A stretch of 64,000 bases of DNA from an uncultured Dehalococcoidales bacterium (GCA_964453525.1 CAYVOV010000003.1:2099-66098), one strand, 5' to 3'. Shown: positions 1 through 9,581, counted from the first letter of the stretch. Program-made: numbers and translations. Notes: generated by a model from the letters alone, not told the origin.

Positions 1-325
1 ACTAATAGAATCCACAAACGTTATGAATTTTGCGAAAGAAAAGTGTTCGTTAAGGAAGTATGGCCGGCTCCTTAGATAGCAGGAATGATGCAAGCACTAC
101 CCGGATTTAAAACGAATTGTAACTGTCGCATCGACTATCTCTGCCATCAGCTACCGGCTGCAACACCCTGGCAAAAACGGTGGTCTTACTTATCTGGACA
201 CTCCCCTAACGAAAGAATTTTGACTGATTCAATTGAAATGACCTGTATGGATAAAACACATACGGGCTCAAGAGAATTCTCACCTTGAAGGTTTGTCGAT
301 AGTATAGCCTGTTACCCGGTTATTA

Positions 326-1114
326 TTAAGACGAAGATGGTTGAGGCGGTGAGGTTGGCGACGCTTGGCTGTTACCTTTCAGCGGATGAATCATATCTTG
401 ATAGGCACGCATCATCCTCGCGCCTTTCAAATCACCTTTATCCAGCAGATCCTGATATATTTTTTTGCGGGCTTGCTCTATGGTAAGTCCGTCACTTGTC
501 AGCTCGGTTATACGAATCCAGTACGTTTTTTCGAGGTCTCTCATTTTAGACTCTAAACCAAACCTCAGGATTGCATTACGTTCTTCATCAGAAAGCCTCT
601 CTCTTTTGGGTCGTTTCCGTTGTTCAGCTTCAATAATTGCCTGAAGCACCTGCCGGAGCAAAACTATATCGTTGTTCTCTTCCTCGATATTGGCCTCTTC
701 TCTTTTGCGGTATTCCATTCTTTGATTCATCAGATACTCAAGCGCAAAGCGGACATGATCAATTGCTCCTCCATTCTTTATCAGATGATCATAAACAAGT
801 AATGCAACCTCAAGCACTGCCTGGCGTTTGCGGTCAGCATCCTCATGCCCCGGAAAATACAGCTTACCTGTCATCAGTCGCCTTAACCCATGGGGCTTTG
901 CCAATACTGTCTCGAACTCTTCTTTGGTAGTACCACATGTTCTAGCAAAGAGTTCCAGGTTGTGGTCCCGGTCTGGATTACCCCTTTTGAAAAAACTTCT
1001 AACGAAAGCGTAACGCTTTTCAAAATCAGGGCCAAGCTGTTTCCATTGCCGATAATATTTGTAAACAGTAGACACCTTCATCCCTAGTTTTTTGGCGACC
1101 TCGACCGGTCTCAT
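326..1114 (-). CDS. hypothetical HTH-containing protein of an integrated element
   Basis: 262-aa ORF. The N-terminus VAKKLGMKVSTVYKYYRQWK reads as a helix-turn-helix. The frame stays open about 40 codons upstream (to ~1237) without ATG/GTG/TTG. Confidence 0.45.
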   Translation of the reverse strand: MRPVEVAKKLGMKVSTVYKYYRQWKQLGPDFEKRYAFVRSFFKRGNPDRDHNLELFARTCGTTKEEFETVLAKPHGLRRLMTGKLYFPGHEDADRKRQAVLEVALLVYDHLIKNGGAIDHVRFALEYLMNQRMEYRKREEANIEEENNDIVLLRQVLQAIIEAEQRKRPKRERLSDEERNAILRFGLESKMRDLEKTYWIRITELTSDGLTIEQARKKIYQDLLDKGDLKGARMMRAYQDMIHPLKGNSQASPTSPPQPSSS

Positions 1115-1770
1115 TCCCTGATCAAAGAGTTCAAAGCACCTTTCTCTTAAGGATCGCCCTCTTTCGTCACGCTTTATAGGGTATTTGCGAGAATTCCTAA
1201 AACCAAATATCTTCTTAAGTTTCGTAACTATCTCCTTTTAAAACAATGATTAACGTTATCTCATCGGTGAGTCAGGCAATAATAGTGATGGCGAGTGATA
1301 TTAGGGCAAGATGTCTATACCTTTAATGGTGGAAGACTGTGGTAGCAAGCATAAATTCCAGTTAAACTACACAAGGACGTCTATACTTCTTAACCTTGAA
1401 CCTAGACTTGGAGGCAACCACATTGCCCTTTCGAGAGACTCAATTACTTGCTAGAAGTAGGCAACGTTCCATACATTGAAGCCTACTCCATCCTATATAT
1501 CGTCCAGTTACAGACTGGGGTCAGAGTAAGGATTGCCATTTTCGAAATGCGTCCTTTCTTATCTGACTACCGGATCTTGCATGATTATGCGCGATTATCG
1601 GTCACTGTTTGTATTATTGGAGTTGAGAGGATGTATTCGGGATTGATATAATCGCATTACCAAAGTGCCGCATCTTCGCACGATGCTTGTGTGCTGAAAG
1701 TGATACTTCGGGATTTTTGGGGAGCCACCAAGATTTTGCGGGGCCGACCGCATATCCTCCTGTTTTATTC

Positions 1771-1998
1771 CTATGGCGGCTCCCCAATTTTTGGGCTTTT
1801 CGGACGCCCACCGAGCTGACCCCACGATGCCAGCATTTCCTTATATTTTTTGCTCGTGGTCTTACCTCCTTTCCTTCCGATCCTTTTAGAGTGCTCAGAG
1901 CCGTACCGTCGGAGAGTCTCATTCCCCCCGCGATGACCAGCCGACCGAACATCGATTATTTTTTCCTTTGAATCGCCGTTGACATCTTTTCTCGGCAT
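1771..1998 (-). CDS. small KGG-repeat (stress-induced acidophilic repeat-like) protein
   Basis: 75-aa ORF with GHRGGNETLRRYGSEHSKRIGRKGGKTT, matching the GG..T....G.E....IG.KGG pattern. The other ORFs overlapping 1595-1998 look spurious. Confidence 0.45.
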   Translation of the reverse strand: MPRKDVNGDSKEKIIDVRSAGHRGGNETLRRYGSEHSKRIGRKGGKTTSKKYKEMLASWGQLGGRPKSPKIGEPP

Positions 1999-2082
1999 AT
2001 ATCACTCCCGATATTTGTTGGCCCAGCTTGTGCTGTTTCATGCACTCCTCCAGATATACAATTACACCCGTATGCTAATAAG

Positions 2083-2787
2083 TTGGAAAGTTCGTGTAAA
2101 AAGGATAGACTATGCGCAAAAGCCCGGCGTTTTGTAACTTTAATGTGGAATGAGAAACAGGTAGAAAGAAGTCTGTTTAATTGGAAAGATTGGCGTAAGT
2201 CTATTATCCGTCAATGGGTTTATGGCCCTGATCTCTGTAAACTTAGCCTGAGTGAGCTCGAATCTATTATTGATCCAATCTTTCGTGGACTAGGGTTAAG
2301 ACTCAAACCCTCATATATATACTGGATTTCATGCTGCTGTTCGGACTTCAACATGGATAGCCCGGAAACGTGGCATAATATCCTGATACCGTATTGGTAC
2401 GAGGAACTACAAAAGGCTTCTAGCGGCAATCCGATATTATATCGGGGCGGTACACGTGCGTATCCTCCAATTGTTTTCGACTATAGAATTAGAGAAGGAT
2501 ATCCGCTAACCGTAAATGTGAACCATCCACTTATCGATATATTGCATAGAACAACTGGCAGACCCAGAAGAAGTTCATCAAAACCGGGTCCTGTTCCAAG
2601 GTACTCAGATCGTTTGGCAATCAATTGTGCAGTCATGAAAAATAAGGGCGCTTCCTACGTCGAAATTGCTCGGGAATACGAACTAAAAACTACGAAACCC
2701 TATGATAGCGAGCAGAGTGATATTACAAGGTACCTAGTTAAGAAGGGGAATAGACTTCTAATAACAATAAACAAAGAATCCCGATAA
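2083..2787 (+). CDS. hypothetical protein with C-terminal HTH-like segment
   Basis: 234-aa ORF. The C-terminal GASYVEIAREYELKTT looks like an HTH. No family recognised. Confidence 0.35.
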   Translation: MESSCKKDRLCAKARRFVTLMWNEKQVERSLFNWKDWRKSIIRQWVYGPDLCKLSLSELESIIDPIFRGLGLRLKPSYIYWISCCCSDFNMDSPETWHNILIPYWYEELQKASSGNPILYRGGTRAYPPIVFDYRIREGYPLTVNVNHPLIDILHRTTGRPRRSSSKPGPVPRYSDRLAINCAVMKNKGASYVEIAREYELKTTKPYDSEQSDITRYLVKKGNRLLITINKESR

Positions 2788-2890
2788 AACAAATAATATA
2801 TTTGGAGGACACCAATACCACTCTTTGCCCAGAGACTTCATTTTATCGTTTTCAGAAAACTCCCAAACTTTGCTTCCATTCTTCAGGGGA

Positions 2891-2920
2891 AAAAAGCTAG
2901 CCTATCAGGCTAGCTTTTTT
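2891..2920. terminator. bidirectional intrinsic terminator hairpin
   Basis: Stem agctagcct (2895-2903), loop atc, stem aggctagct (2907-2915). An A-run lies 5' and a T-run 3'. It sits between convergent genes. Confidence 0.5.
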
Positions 2921-2958
2921 AATGATTGATACACACAAGGACTAATTCAACAAAATAC

Positions 2959-3939
2959 TCAACCCAATCCCAACCCCTCGACGGGACTTGCTCCATTTCG
3001 GTGGGCCTGAATAGCCTCCTCTCGCTTTAAGCCTTGAGTATAACGCCGACTCATTGTCAGGTCCTCGTGTCTTAGAAACAACTGAAGCAAGAATGAGTCT
3101 TTGGCACCTCGGAGATATTGTAAGGCACTAGTGTGCCGAAGGCGATGAACTCTCCCTCGCCCGCTCACTCCAGCTCTTTTCTTTAGGGAAACAAATGACG
3201 AAGCTAATCCGCTGACTGTGAACTGCTTGCCTTCTTCAGTTACCCAAAGAGCGTCGCTTTTCGCACGACGCCTCCTTTCCAACAGATAGAGCCAGATAGC
3301 TTTGGCTGTCTTGGAGGAAAACGGACATATGCCTACCTTGTTACCTTTACCAATGACTCGAACCCACTTTTGCTCCAGATTGAGGTCTGCGAGGTTCAAA
3401 TTCACCTGCTCACTCAAGCGCAAACCCGAGTCGATAAAGAGCAGAAGCATAGCTTTATTGCGCAGTCCGATAAACCGCGAACCAGTCTTGATGTCAAGTT
3501 CACAAACGGCAAGAAACCGCTTCAGTTCGTCTTTCTCATAAGGCTGGACGGGTGGAGGCAGTGGAGCCTTAAAATGAATATCCTTGACAGGGCTTTCCTC
3601 AACGAGCCCTTCCTCAATTCCCCAGTTAAATAAGCGCCTTAGCGCTTTGTAGTAAGGCCATGCTGTGGACGGTTTAGACCTAGAAAACCTATGGCTGCCA
3701 TTACCTGCGATATACTCAATGTTTCTTGAACCAACCCAAGATAAAAACTCTCTGATTCGCCTAGCGTCTAAAAAGTTAACGCTATCAGGCCAGCTCTGGG
3801 ATTTTGCGTAGGATAAGAAATGTTTCAGTAACTTATAATAATATTCGTGCGTGCGGAGCGCACGTCCTTCAGCTTGGAGGGAAAAGAGAAATCCCTCCAC
3901 AAAATCTACTAGGCCGATTGCTTTGTCACTCTTTTTCAC
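2959..3939 (-). CDS. tyrosine recombinase/integrase (integrase C, left element)
   Basis: 326 aa. Catalytic signature LRLSE ... HRLRHTSA ... LFLRHEDLTMSRRYT (R..H..R..Y). The start lies 110 bp from the 45-bp tRNA-derived repeat. Confidence 0.85.
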   Translation of the reverse strand: MKKSDKAIGLVDFVEGFLFSLQAEGRALRTHEYYYKLLKHFLSYAKSQSWPDSVNFLDARRIREFLSWVGSRNIEYIAGNGSHRFSRSKPSTAWPYYKALRRLFNWGIEEGLVEESPVKDIHFKAPLPPPVQPYEKDELKRFLAVCELDIKTGSRFIGLRNKAMLLLFIDSGLRLSEQVNLNLADLNLEQKWVRVIGKGNKVGICPFSSKTAKAIWLYLLERRRRAKSDALWVTEEGKQFTVSGLASSFVSLKKRAGVSGRGRVHRLRHTSALQYLRGAKDSFLLQLFLRHEDLTMSRRYTQGLKREEAIQAHRNGASPVEGLGLG

Positions 3940-3977
3940 CTTTCATTTGCGGTCGGCCCTATTTATTTATTTTTTCT

Positions 3978-4039
3978 TAGTCAACTGGTTGTCCTTAGTC
4001 TCAACCTACCTTTGGGGTATTAACATAGTCAACCGGTTG
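3978..4039. promoter_or_regulatory. repeated TAGTCAACnGGTTG motifs (candidate integrase C binding sites)
   Basis: tagtcaactggttg at 3978-3991 and tagtcaaccggttg at 4026-4039 (contains the palindrome caaccggttg). A degenerate ttagtctcaacc lies at 3996-4007. All sit between int C and the att repeat. Confidence 0.35.
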
Positions 4040-4044
4040 CCTAG

Positions 4045-5058
4045 CTTCGTGGTGAGCCGCGGAGGACTCGAACCTCCAACCGGCTGATTAAGAGGCGGGC
4101 ACACACGCTCAAACAGCTTAACAAACTGAGTGTCTCTCAGCTAGCGGAGTTAAGCAGTTTAAGCAAGGCTTACATCTCACAGGTTAAGCATGGAAAACGC
4201 TCGCCATCCCCGAAACTGCTCGAGATACTGGACGAGTTAGAAAGGCCAAAGAAGCCAGACAAAGACTACCTTGAGATATTCCTGCAATCCCGCCAAGCAA
4301 GGGGAGTAAGCCCAAAAACACTCCGGTATTACCAGGAAAGATTGTCTAAATTTGTCGATAGGGTCGAGTATACTCGCGCCACAAGGCAGGACATCGAGGA
4401 ATTTTTGAATTCAATCCCTCCGAACCAGTATGGCCTTGGTAATCGACACGCAACTTACCGTGCACTGAGAGCATTCTATAGGTGGCTGAGTAGCGAGTAT
4501 GAGTTACCCAATCCAGTAGCTGGAGTAGCCGCACCAATACTGGGTAAACCCATACTGCCCAGTCTCACCAGAGATCAGGTCGAGCTACTGATTCAGCATG
4601 CTGAGACTACACGTGACAGAGCCATAGTGGCACTATTTACTGAGAGTGGCTTGAGACTATCTGAGCTGGTCAGTATTACTCCAGATAAAATAGACTGGGA
4701 GTCACACACAGTGCAGATACTGGGTAAAGGCCGGAAAGAAGCTTTAGCGCCTTTCGGTGAGTTAACTGAAAAATATCTCAAGTCTTGGCTTCAGCAACAC
4801 CAGCCCAACGGTAACATCTGGGGACTCAACGAGTGGGGAATCGCCTCTATGCTCAGGAGACTGGAGTCAGCTACTGGAATACGATGTAATGCGCACGCCT
4901 TCAGAAGAACCTTCGCCTGCCTTCTTCGCAAGGCCGGTGTGGACGTAATGACTATCAAAGACTTGGGCCGGTGGGAAAGCCTAGAAATGGTGCAGAGGTA
5001 TACTAGATCGGTGAGATTCCAAGATAGCATGAGATTCTACAAAGCGCCACTTTCTTAA
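4045..5058 (+). CDS. tyrosine recombinase (integrase A) lacking its start codon in the integrated state
   Basis: Frame 1 is open from 4045 to the stop at 5056-5058. It encodes an XRE-like HTH (SVSQLAELSSLSKAYISQVKHGKR), a core-binding region and a catalytic domain (RLSE, HAFRRTFA, LGRWESLEMVQRYT). The first ATG/GTG/TTG is TTG at 4342. It is about two-thirds identical by eye to the integrase at 22840-23745. Confidence 0.8.
   Translation, partial: LRGEPRRTRTSNRLIKRRAHTLKQLNKLSVSQLAELSSLSKAYISQVKHGKRSPSPKLLEILDELERPKKPDKDYLEIFLQSRQARGVSPKTLRYYQERLSKFVDRVEYTRATRQDIEEFLNSIPPNQYGLGNRHATYRALRAFYRWLSSEYELPNPVAGVAAPILGKPILPSLTRDQVELLIQHAETTRDRAIVALFTESGLRLSELVSITPDKIDWESHTVQILGKGRKEALAPFGELTEKYLKSWLQQHQPNGNIWGLNEWGIASMLRRLESATGIRCNAHAFRRTFACLLRKAGVDVMTIKDLGRWESLEMVQRYTRSVRFQDSMRFYKAPLS
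4050..4094. repeat. distal att direct repeat (copy of tRNA-Lys nt 32-76)
   Basis: tggtgagccgcggaggactcgaacctccaaccggctgattaagag is identical 45/45 to 27311-27355. Confidence 0.9.
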
Positions 5059-5238
5059 AATGAGGGACTTAAAAGGATAGTGTTCATTGGACGGAGGAGG
5101 CAAGTAGTTCCTGTAAGAGGGCTTAGGCTAGGGGAATATAAAGTGCAGGTTTAATAATCAAGTGCATTAGAAGTTCTGTATGTCTTATTTTAGCCGTTAA
5201 CCTGCATAGTAATTCCAACGTAGAAGAATATATTCATT

Positions 5239-5934
5239 CTATAGATTGTTTGCGATTATAGGTAATTTATCCGCTAGCACTTTCTTATAATGTGGATTGC
5301 GATCACCAGTTGGCTCATGTGGTAGTGCGAGCCATACAAGTATATTATTGCCTACTACTAATTTAAAGGTTCCTTCACAGCAAAACTCTGCTAAGTTTTC
5401 TGGCATAGTGACATCTTGTGGTATAGCATAGGCGTGTCGAAGAACACGAAAGACAGGTTCACCAAGTGATATTAAAATGCAAGGTTGATATTTATTTACT
5501 ACACACTCCAGTTCTTGTTTACCGAATTCGACAAAGTAATAGTAAAGGAAACGCACCGTTTTCCAATCGTTCCTACTGCCATCTAGTTGAAAAAACTTAT
5601 TATGTAAGTAAAATTCAACCAAGGGATTATGAGCTAAATCCCGTGGTTTTTTAATAAAATAACGGTTTACTAAGTTCCAGGCTAGAATGCGCCTCCTGCT
5701 GAAGCCCAACGTTCTACAAATCTTACCGAATATGTATTTACTCAGTTGGCCAGACGTGTTATTTAAGTCCAGTACAGCAGGTATATACCTGGAACTTACT
5801 ATAGTGGGATCCTGACCTAAGAAAAGTACGTCAGCTGTTTTGCTTCCGCGGAACAACTCAGGGCTCCCCCGTTCAACAAGTAAATATTCTTGCATATTAA
5901 TTTCCGGTAGAAAGCTCATATAGTTTCTCCACAA
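5239..5934 (-). CDS. uracil-DNA glycosylase superfamily-like protein
   Basis: VLFLGQDPT (family-1-like GQDP motif), AWNLVNRYF, C-terminal LPHEPTG (HPS-like). An alternative ATG at 5895 lies 1 nt after the upstream stop. Confidence 0.5.
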   Translation of the reverse strand: MWRNYMSFLPEINMQEYLLVERGSPELFRGSKTADVLFLGQDPTIVSSRYIPAVLDLNNTSGQLSKYIFGKICRTLGFSRRRILAWNLVNRYFIKKPRDLAHNPLVEFYLHNKFFQLDGSRNDWKTVRFLYYYFVEFGKQELECVVNKYQPCILISLGEPVFRVLRHAYAIPQDVTMPENLAEFCCEGTFKLVVGNNILVWLALPHEPTGDRNPHYKKVLADKLPIIANNL

Positions 5935-7366
5935 TCCATATCATACCTTCGGTATCCCGACCGCAATACTTTTCCAGATCAATCATCACCTTTGCTCTGT
6001 CTTCCTCTGGTATTTCACCATAGTTGGCTGTAAGAAAGGATAAGCTAGCTACCTGGCCATCGGAAATATTCAAACCCTCGTATCCTTTGCCTGTTATTGC
6101 TGGAAGTACAGCCTTGAGTGATGCACTACCTTTCTGAGCGGGGTGATAATAATCAAATTTACTAAAAGGCTTTAGTAGGTCAACTAGCCGGTTGCATATC
6201 CGTTCAATCCAATCGTTATATTCAGGGAAAGCAGCTGCCATTTCCCGCAAACACCCCTCTTCAAATCCTTTGTTGTAGGCAATGATGCTCCCAGAATCCC
6301 CCAGTACCTTTCTAATCTCAGCAAGTAGACCAGGCCGTGGATCACCAGTATCATTTGTCAGGTACGAGTAGTGCACTGGCTCTGACTTTTCATCCCGGAC
6401 AACGTGTAAAGAATACTGGAATGGAACGTCTTGGTAAGGTTTTACTCCGTCAAACAGAGGTATTGCCGGCCCGATGGTCTCGAAATCGAGGTAATAAAGA
6501 GGGTATTCGAGTGAAGAGAGGAACTCTTTGATTCTTTCCTTGTCTACATGGGGCTCACTGCTTACAACAGCTGCCTTTTGAATAAGCTGCTTGCCGTTTA
6601 ATTTGTAGCTAACCGGTATTTCGCTAATGGTTGCTACACCATCGTTATACATTTCATACGCTTTCTTTCCACCCCAATATAGCGAGAAAATACTGTGTTC
6701 AGGTAGGTTTCCCCAGCAGTCTGTTAAAGGACACTCGTATGGATCTCGGCAGTACGGCCCGATTATCATTTCGGGACATACATCTTGGTTAATAATTTTT
6801 ATAATGCTATCTATTTTATCCTGTATATCTATGCTTGATTCATTTACTTTATCGGTAATGTCGTGGATATTAAAAAGGCCTTCTGGGTCTAACTCTCCTT
6901 CCCTGACGTACTGGTTATTGATTAGAGCCAAGTAACAATTCCTGATACTCAATCCGTACTGTACACAGCAATGGCGTTGAAAAGCCACGTCGTCGATATG
7001 GACTTTCTTGATATTGGTTGAACTCTTAACTTCGCATATGTTCCACTCATCTTCGCCGGCAGGAAAGAGGATATCCACCCTACAATAAAGCCCATCCGAC
7101 AAGATACCTGCTTCGAACAAAGGTTTTCTTTTACTCAGCATTTCCTTTGTCTTCTCTATGTTCTTTATAAAATCATCTTGAGGTATATAAATACCTCCAG
7201 GAAACAGTCTGTTTGCCAGATACCCGACTTCATGCCCTTGGTCGAATGTATACTGGGTAACTGCATCTGTTTCTGGTATTCGCTCCGGTTCATGGAACTG
7301 CATCCAGACGTACCTAGGGCACTGGAGACCGTTTAGATATTTCGATTTTGATAACAATAGAGACAT
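5897..7366 (-). CDS. DUF2779-like protein: N-terminal PD-(D/E)xK/Cas4-like nuclease with Cys cluster plus C-terminal DnaQ-like exonuclease
   Basis: LSKSKYLNGLQCPRYVW start. RVDILF..(14)..CEVKSS. Cys cluster CPEMIIGPYCRDPYECPLTDC. YYLDFETIGPAIP...PYQDVPFQYSLH. Confidence 0.7.
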   Translation of the reverse strand: MSLLLSKSKYLNGLQCPRYVWMQFHEPERIPETDAVTQYTFDQGHEVGYLANRLFPGGIYIPQDDFIKNIEKTKEMLSKRKPLFEAGILSDGLYCRVDILFPAGEDEWNICEVKSSTNIKKVHIDDVAFQRHCCVQYGLSIRNCYLALINNQYVREGELDPEGLFNIHDITDKVNESSIDIQDKIDSIIKIINQDVCPEMIIGPYCRDPYECPLTDCWGNLPEHSIFSLYWGGKKAYEMYNDGVATISEIPVSYKLNGKQLIQKAAVVSSEPHVDKERIKEFLSSLEYPLYYLDFETIGPAIPLFDGVKPYQDVPFQYSLHVVRDEKSEPVHYSYLTNDTGDPRPGLLAEIRKVLGDSGSIIAYNKGFEEGCLREMAAAFPEYNDWIERICNRLVDLLKPFSKFDYYHPAQKGSASLKAVLPAITGKGYEGLNISDGQVASLSFLTANYGEIPEEDRAKVMIDLEKYCGRDTEGMIWIVEKLYELSTGN

Positions 7367-7385
7367 TTTTCGCTTAGGAAAGAGG

Positions 7386-9581
7386 CTATTTAGTTAGTTT
7401 CCCTTTCCTTAACTTTCTACGTTTCTTTGTAGCTTTTGTCTTCTTGGTCTTGGGCATAAGGCTTGGATCCTCAAGAACAGCAGCTATTGTCCCAAACCAA
7501 TGAATATGCAGATAGTGAGCTCCACGTGTAGTCGCCAGATACAGTAATTTGTTATGAAGATCGGAACCAGTAAAATTGTTCTTACGGGCATTAGCTAATA
7601 TTACAGCATCATACTCTAGACCTTTAGAAAGATATATAGGGGAAACTGCCGTCTTGGTTCGTTCATAACCTGGCTTATCAAGCAGCATAGCGTCATCTAT
7701 GCCTTCCTTGCGAAGCTTCACTGCTAGTTGAGAAGCTTCACGTGATGTCTTACATAGTACAGCAATAGACTGAATTTCTTTGGTTTTCAAAGACCTGATA
7801 TCTTCTGCTATAGCTTTTACCATTTCTTTAGCGGATTTAGAACGTATCAGGAGAGGTTTCTCCCCATGGCGTTCGTAAGCAATGGCTTTAGGCAACCTGG
7901 GCGCCGTTAGCTTCAAAATTCGGTTTGCATATTTTGTTATCTCAGATGTTGTGCGATAGCTGATGCGGATATCTGTTCTGTGAGGACGCTCTTTAGAGAA
8001 TAATCCTTTTACTTCGCTCCAGTCCTTCATACCTCGATGGGGTAATAGACTCTGTCCAATATCACCAAGTATTGTAAATGATTTGTTAGCGGAATAAACG
8101 TACAAAAGCAATAGTTCAAGGGGTGAAACATCTTGAGCTTCATCTACAACTACGTGTTCAAATGAAGGATTACTCCGTCCCTTTCTGCTTCTTTCGTTAA
8201 TGCCGTTCAATAGATAATTCAAATAGCAAATTGCAGCTAGGTCTTCTAGTTTTAAACGTTTGGTCTTCCCTGATAATGCTTTGACGAAATAATCAGTTTC
8301 TTCTTCTGTAATGACACCTTTTGACATATTAAGCAGATAATCTCGATTTGATAAAAGTTTTAGGTAGGCATTTCTAAAGTCGAGTTCAGGCCAAAATTCA
8401 TCAAATTGACTTGTAATGGCTTTACGCCGTGAGTCATCTAACTTTGTTAATAATCCTCTTCTGAATTCTCGCTCAATATTCGATATAGCCATTCTACGTT
8501 GTTCATTAAGAGGTTGATTGCCCAATTCCTTGATTATCCTCCTGACTCTAGACCTACTAATGGTTACTACTCCGCTGACAATACTTGTAGAGTTGTTTAT
8601 GAATTCATTTCGCAGAGTCTGGACATACCTATCAAGAATATGCGCCATTTGGAGTGAAACCTTTTGTTTTGCTACCTTCACTTCCATGCCTAAGTCTTTT
8701 CTGGATCCCCTCAGCAATTTCTCAAGCAACTTGTCCTCAAATTGTCTTATGCGGCGAGGTAAAGTGCTGCGAAGCCACTCAGGAATAGTCATTTGCCTTA
8801 CTCTTTCAACGCCTAGACCTGGAAGCAAGTTAGAAACATATTTGAGAAATGCTCTACTGGGGCCAAAGAAGACAACCCTATTTGGTGAAATATCTAGGTC
8901 AAGTTCATTGAACGGTGATAGCAAATAAGCTATTCTATGAATACCTACTTCGCTTTTGCCGCTGCCTGCTACGCCTTGAATGATTAGAACTCGATATGGT
9001 GTTGATGCTATGAGTTCGTACTGCTCAGGCTGGATTGTAGCAACGATCTTCTTTAATTCAGTACCCTTTGACTCAGACAACTGCCGAGAAATTCGTGTTT
9101 GTTTAACAGGTGTTACCTTCTCTCCAGGTGGTAGTAAGGGGACTTCTACAACGTCTAGCAATGTAGATTGTTCAATCAATAATTCGCGTTTTAGATTAAC
9201 AACTACTTTAATTTTTCCAGATGGGCAGGTATACTCCCCGGCTAAAGGATTATAAAAAAGCTTACCTATAGGTGCCTGCCAATTAAAAACATAGTCCAGC
9301 GGAATGTGATACTCACCCAAATAGTAAGATTCAATATTGTCCTGAGTTGCCCCCTTTACAAAATCTATACGACCGAAATATGGACTTTGCCGGGCTTCTG
9401 ATAGATTCCGGATGTTCTCCTCTTTTTTCTGGCGCATGTCACGAGCAGCTTCACCAAACACAGGTGCTTCTTCTTTAGACATGCCTAGAAAGCGTTTATC
9501 TTCTTCTATAACCTCGTCAATACGTGATATACACCGCTCTAGGTTATTCTCTTCTTCAGTATATATATTTTCCTCTGTCAT
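7386..9581 (-). CDS. UvrD-like SF1 helicase with HelD-like N-terminal domain
   Basis: Walker A GVAGSGKSE, motif II VVVDEAQD, N-terminal SPYFGRIDF and NWQAPIGKLFY. The preferred start is ATG 9581, preceded by aggagga. The track ORF extends to 9728. Confidence 0.8.
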   Translation of the reverse strand: MTEENIYTEEENNLERCISRIDEVIEEDKRFLGMSKEEAPVFGEAARDMRQKKEENIRNLSEARQSPYFGRIDFVKGATQDNIESYYLGEYHIPLDYVFNWQAPIGKLFYNPLAGEYTCPSGKIKVVVNLKRELLIEQSTLLDVVEVPLLPPGEKVTPVKQTRISRQLSESKGTELKKIVATIQPEQYELIASTPYRVLIIQGVAGSGKSEVGIHRIAYLLSPFNELDLDISPNRVVFFGPSRAFLKYVSNLLPGLGVERVRQMTIPEWLRSTLPRRIRQFEDKLLEKLLRGSRKDLGMEVKVAKQKVSLQMAHILDRYVQTLRNEFINNSTSIVSGVVTISRSRVRRIIKELGNQPLNEQRRMAISNIEREFRRGLLTKLDDSRRKAITSQFDEFWPELDFRNAYLKLLSNRDYLLNMSKGVITEEETDYFVKALSGKTKRLKLEDLAAICYLNYLLNGINERSRKGRSNPSFEHVVVDEAQDVSPLELLLLYVYSANKSFTILGDIGQSLLPHRGMKDWSEVKGLFSKERPHRTDIRISYRTTSEITKYANRILKLTAPRLPKAIAYERHGEKPLLIRSKSAKEMVKAIAEDIRSLKTKEIQSIAVLCKTSREASQLAVKLRKEGIDDAMLLDKPGYERTKTAVSPIYLSKGLEYDAVILANARKNNFTGSDLHNKLLYLATTRGAHYLHIHWFGTIAAVLEDPSLMPKTKKTKATKKRRKLRKGKLTK

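Noticed and set aside
85-288. tRNA-like string near 100-170 (ggtagctgatggcagag on the minus strand) and the 67-aa ORF.
   Set aside because: I could not fold it into a cloverleaf: the D-stem and acceptor pairing fail. The ORF has no supporting features.
1595-1971. Three mutually overlapping ORFs (1595-1825, 1614-1952, 1687-1971).
   Set aside because: Only the 1771-1998 frame shows a recognisable KGG-type motif. The others are alternative frames of the same DNA.
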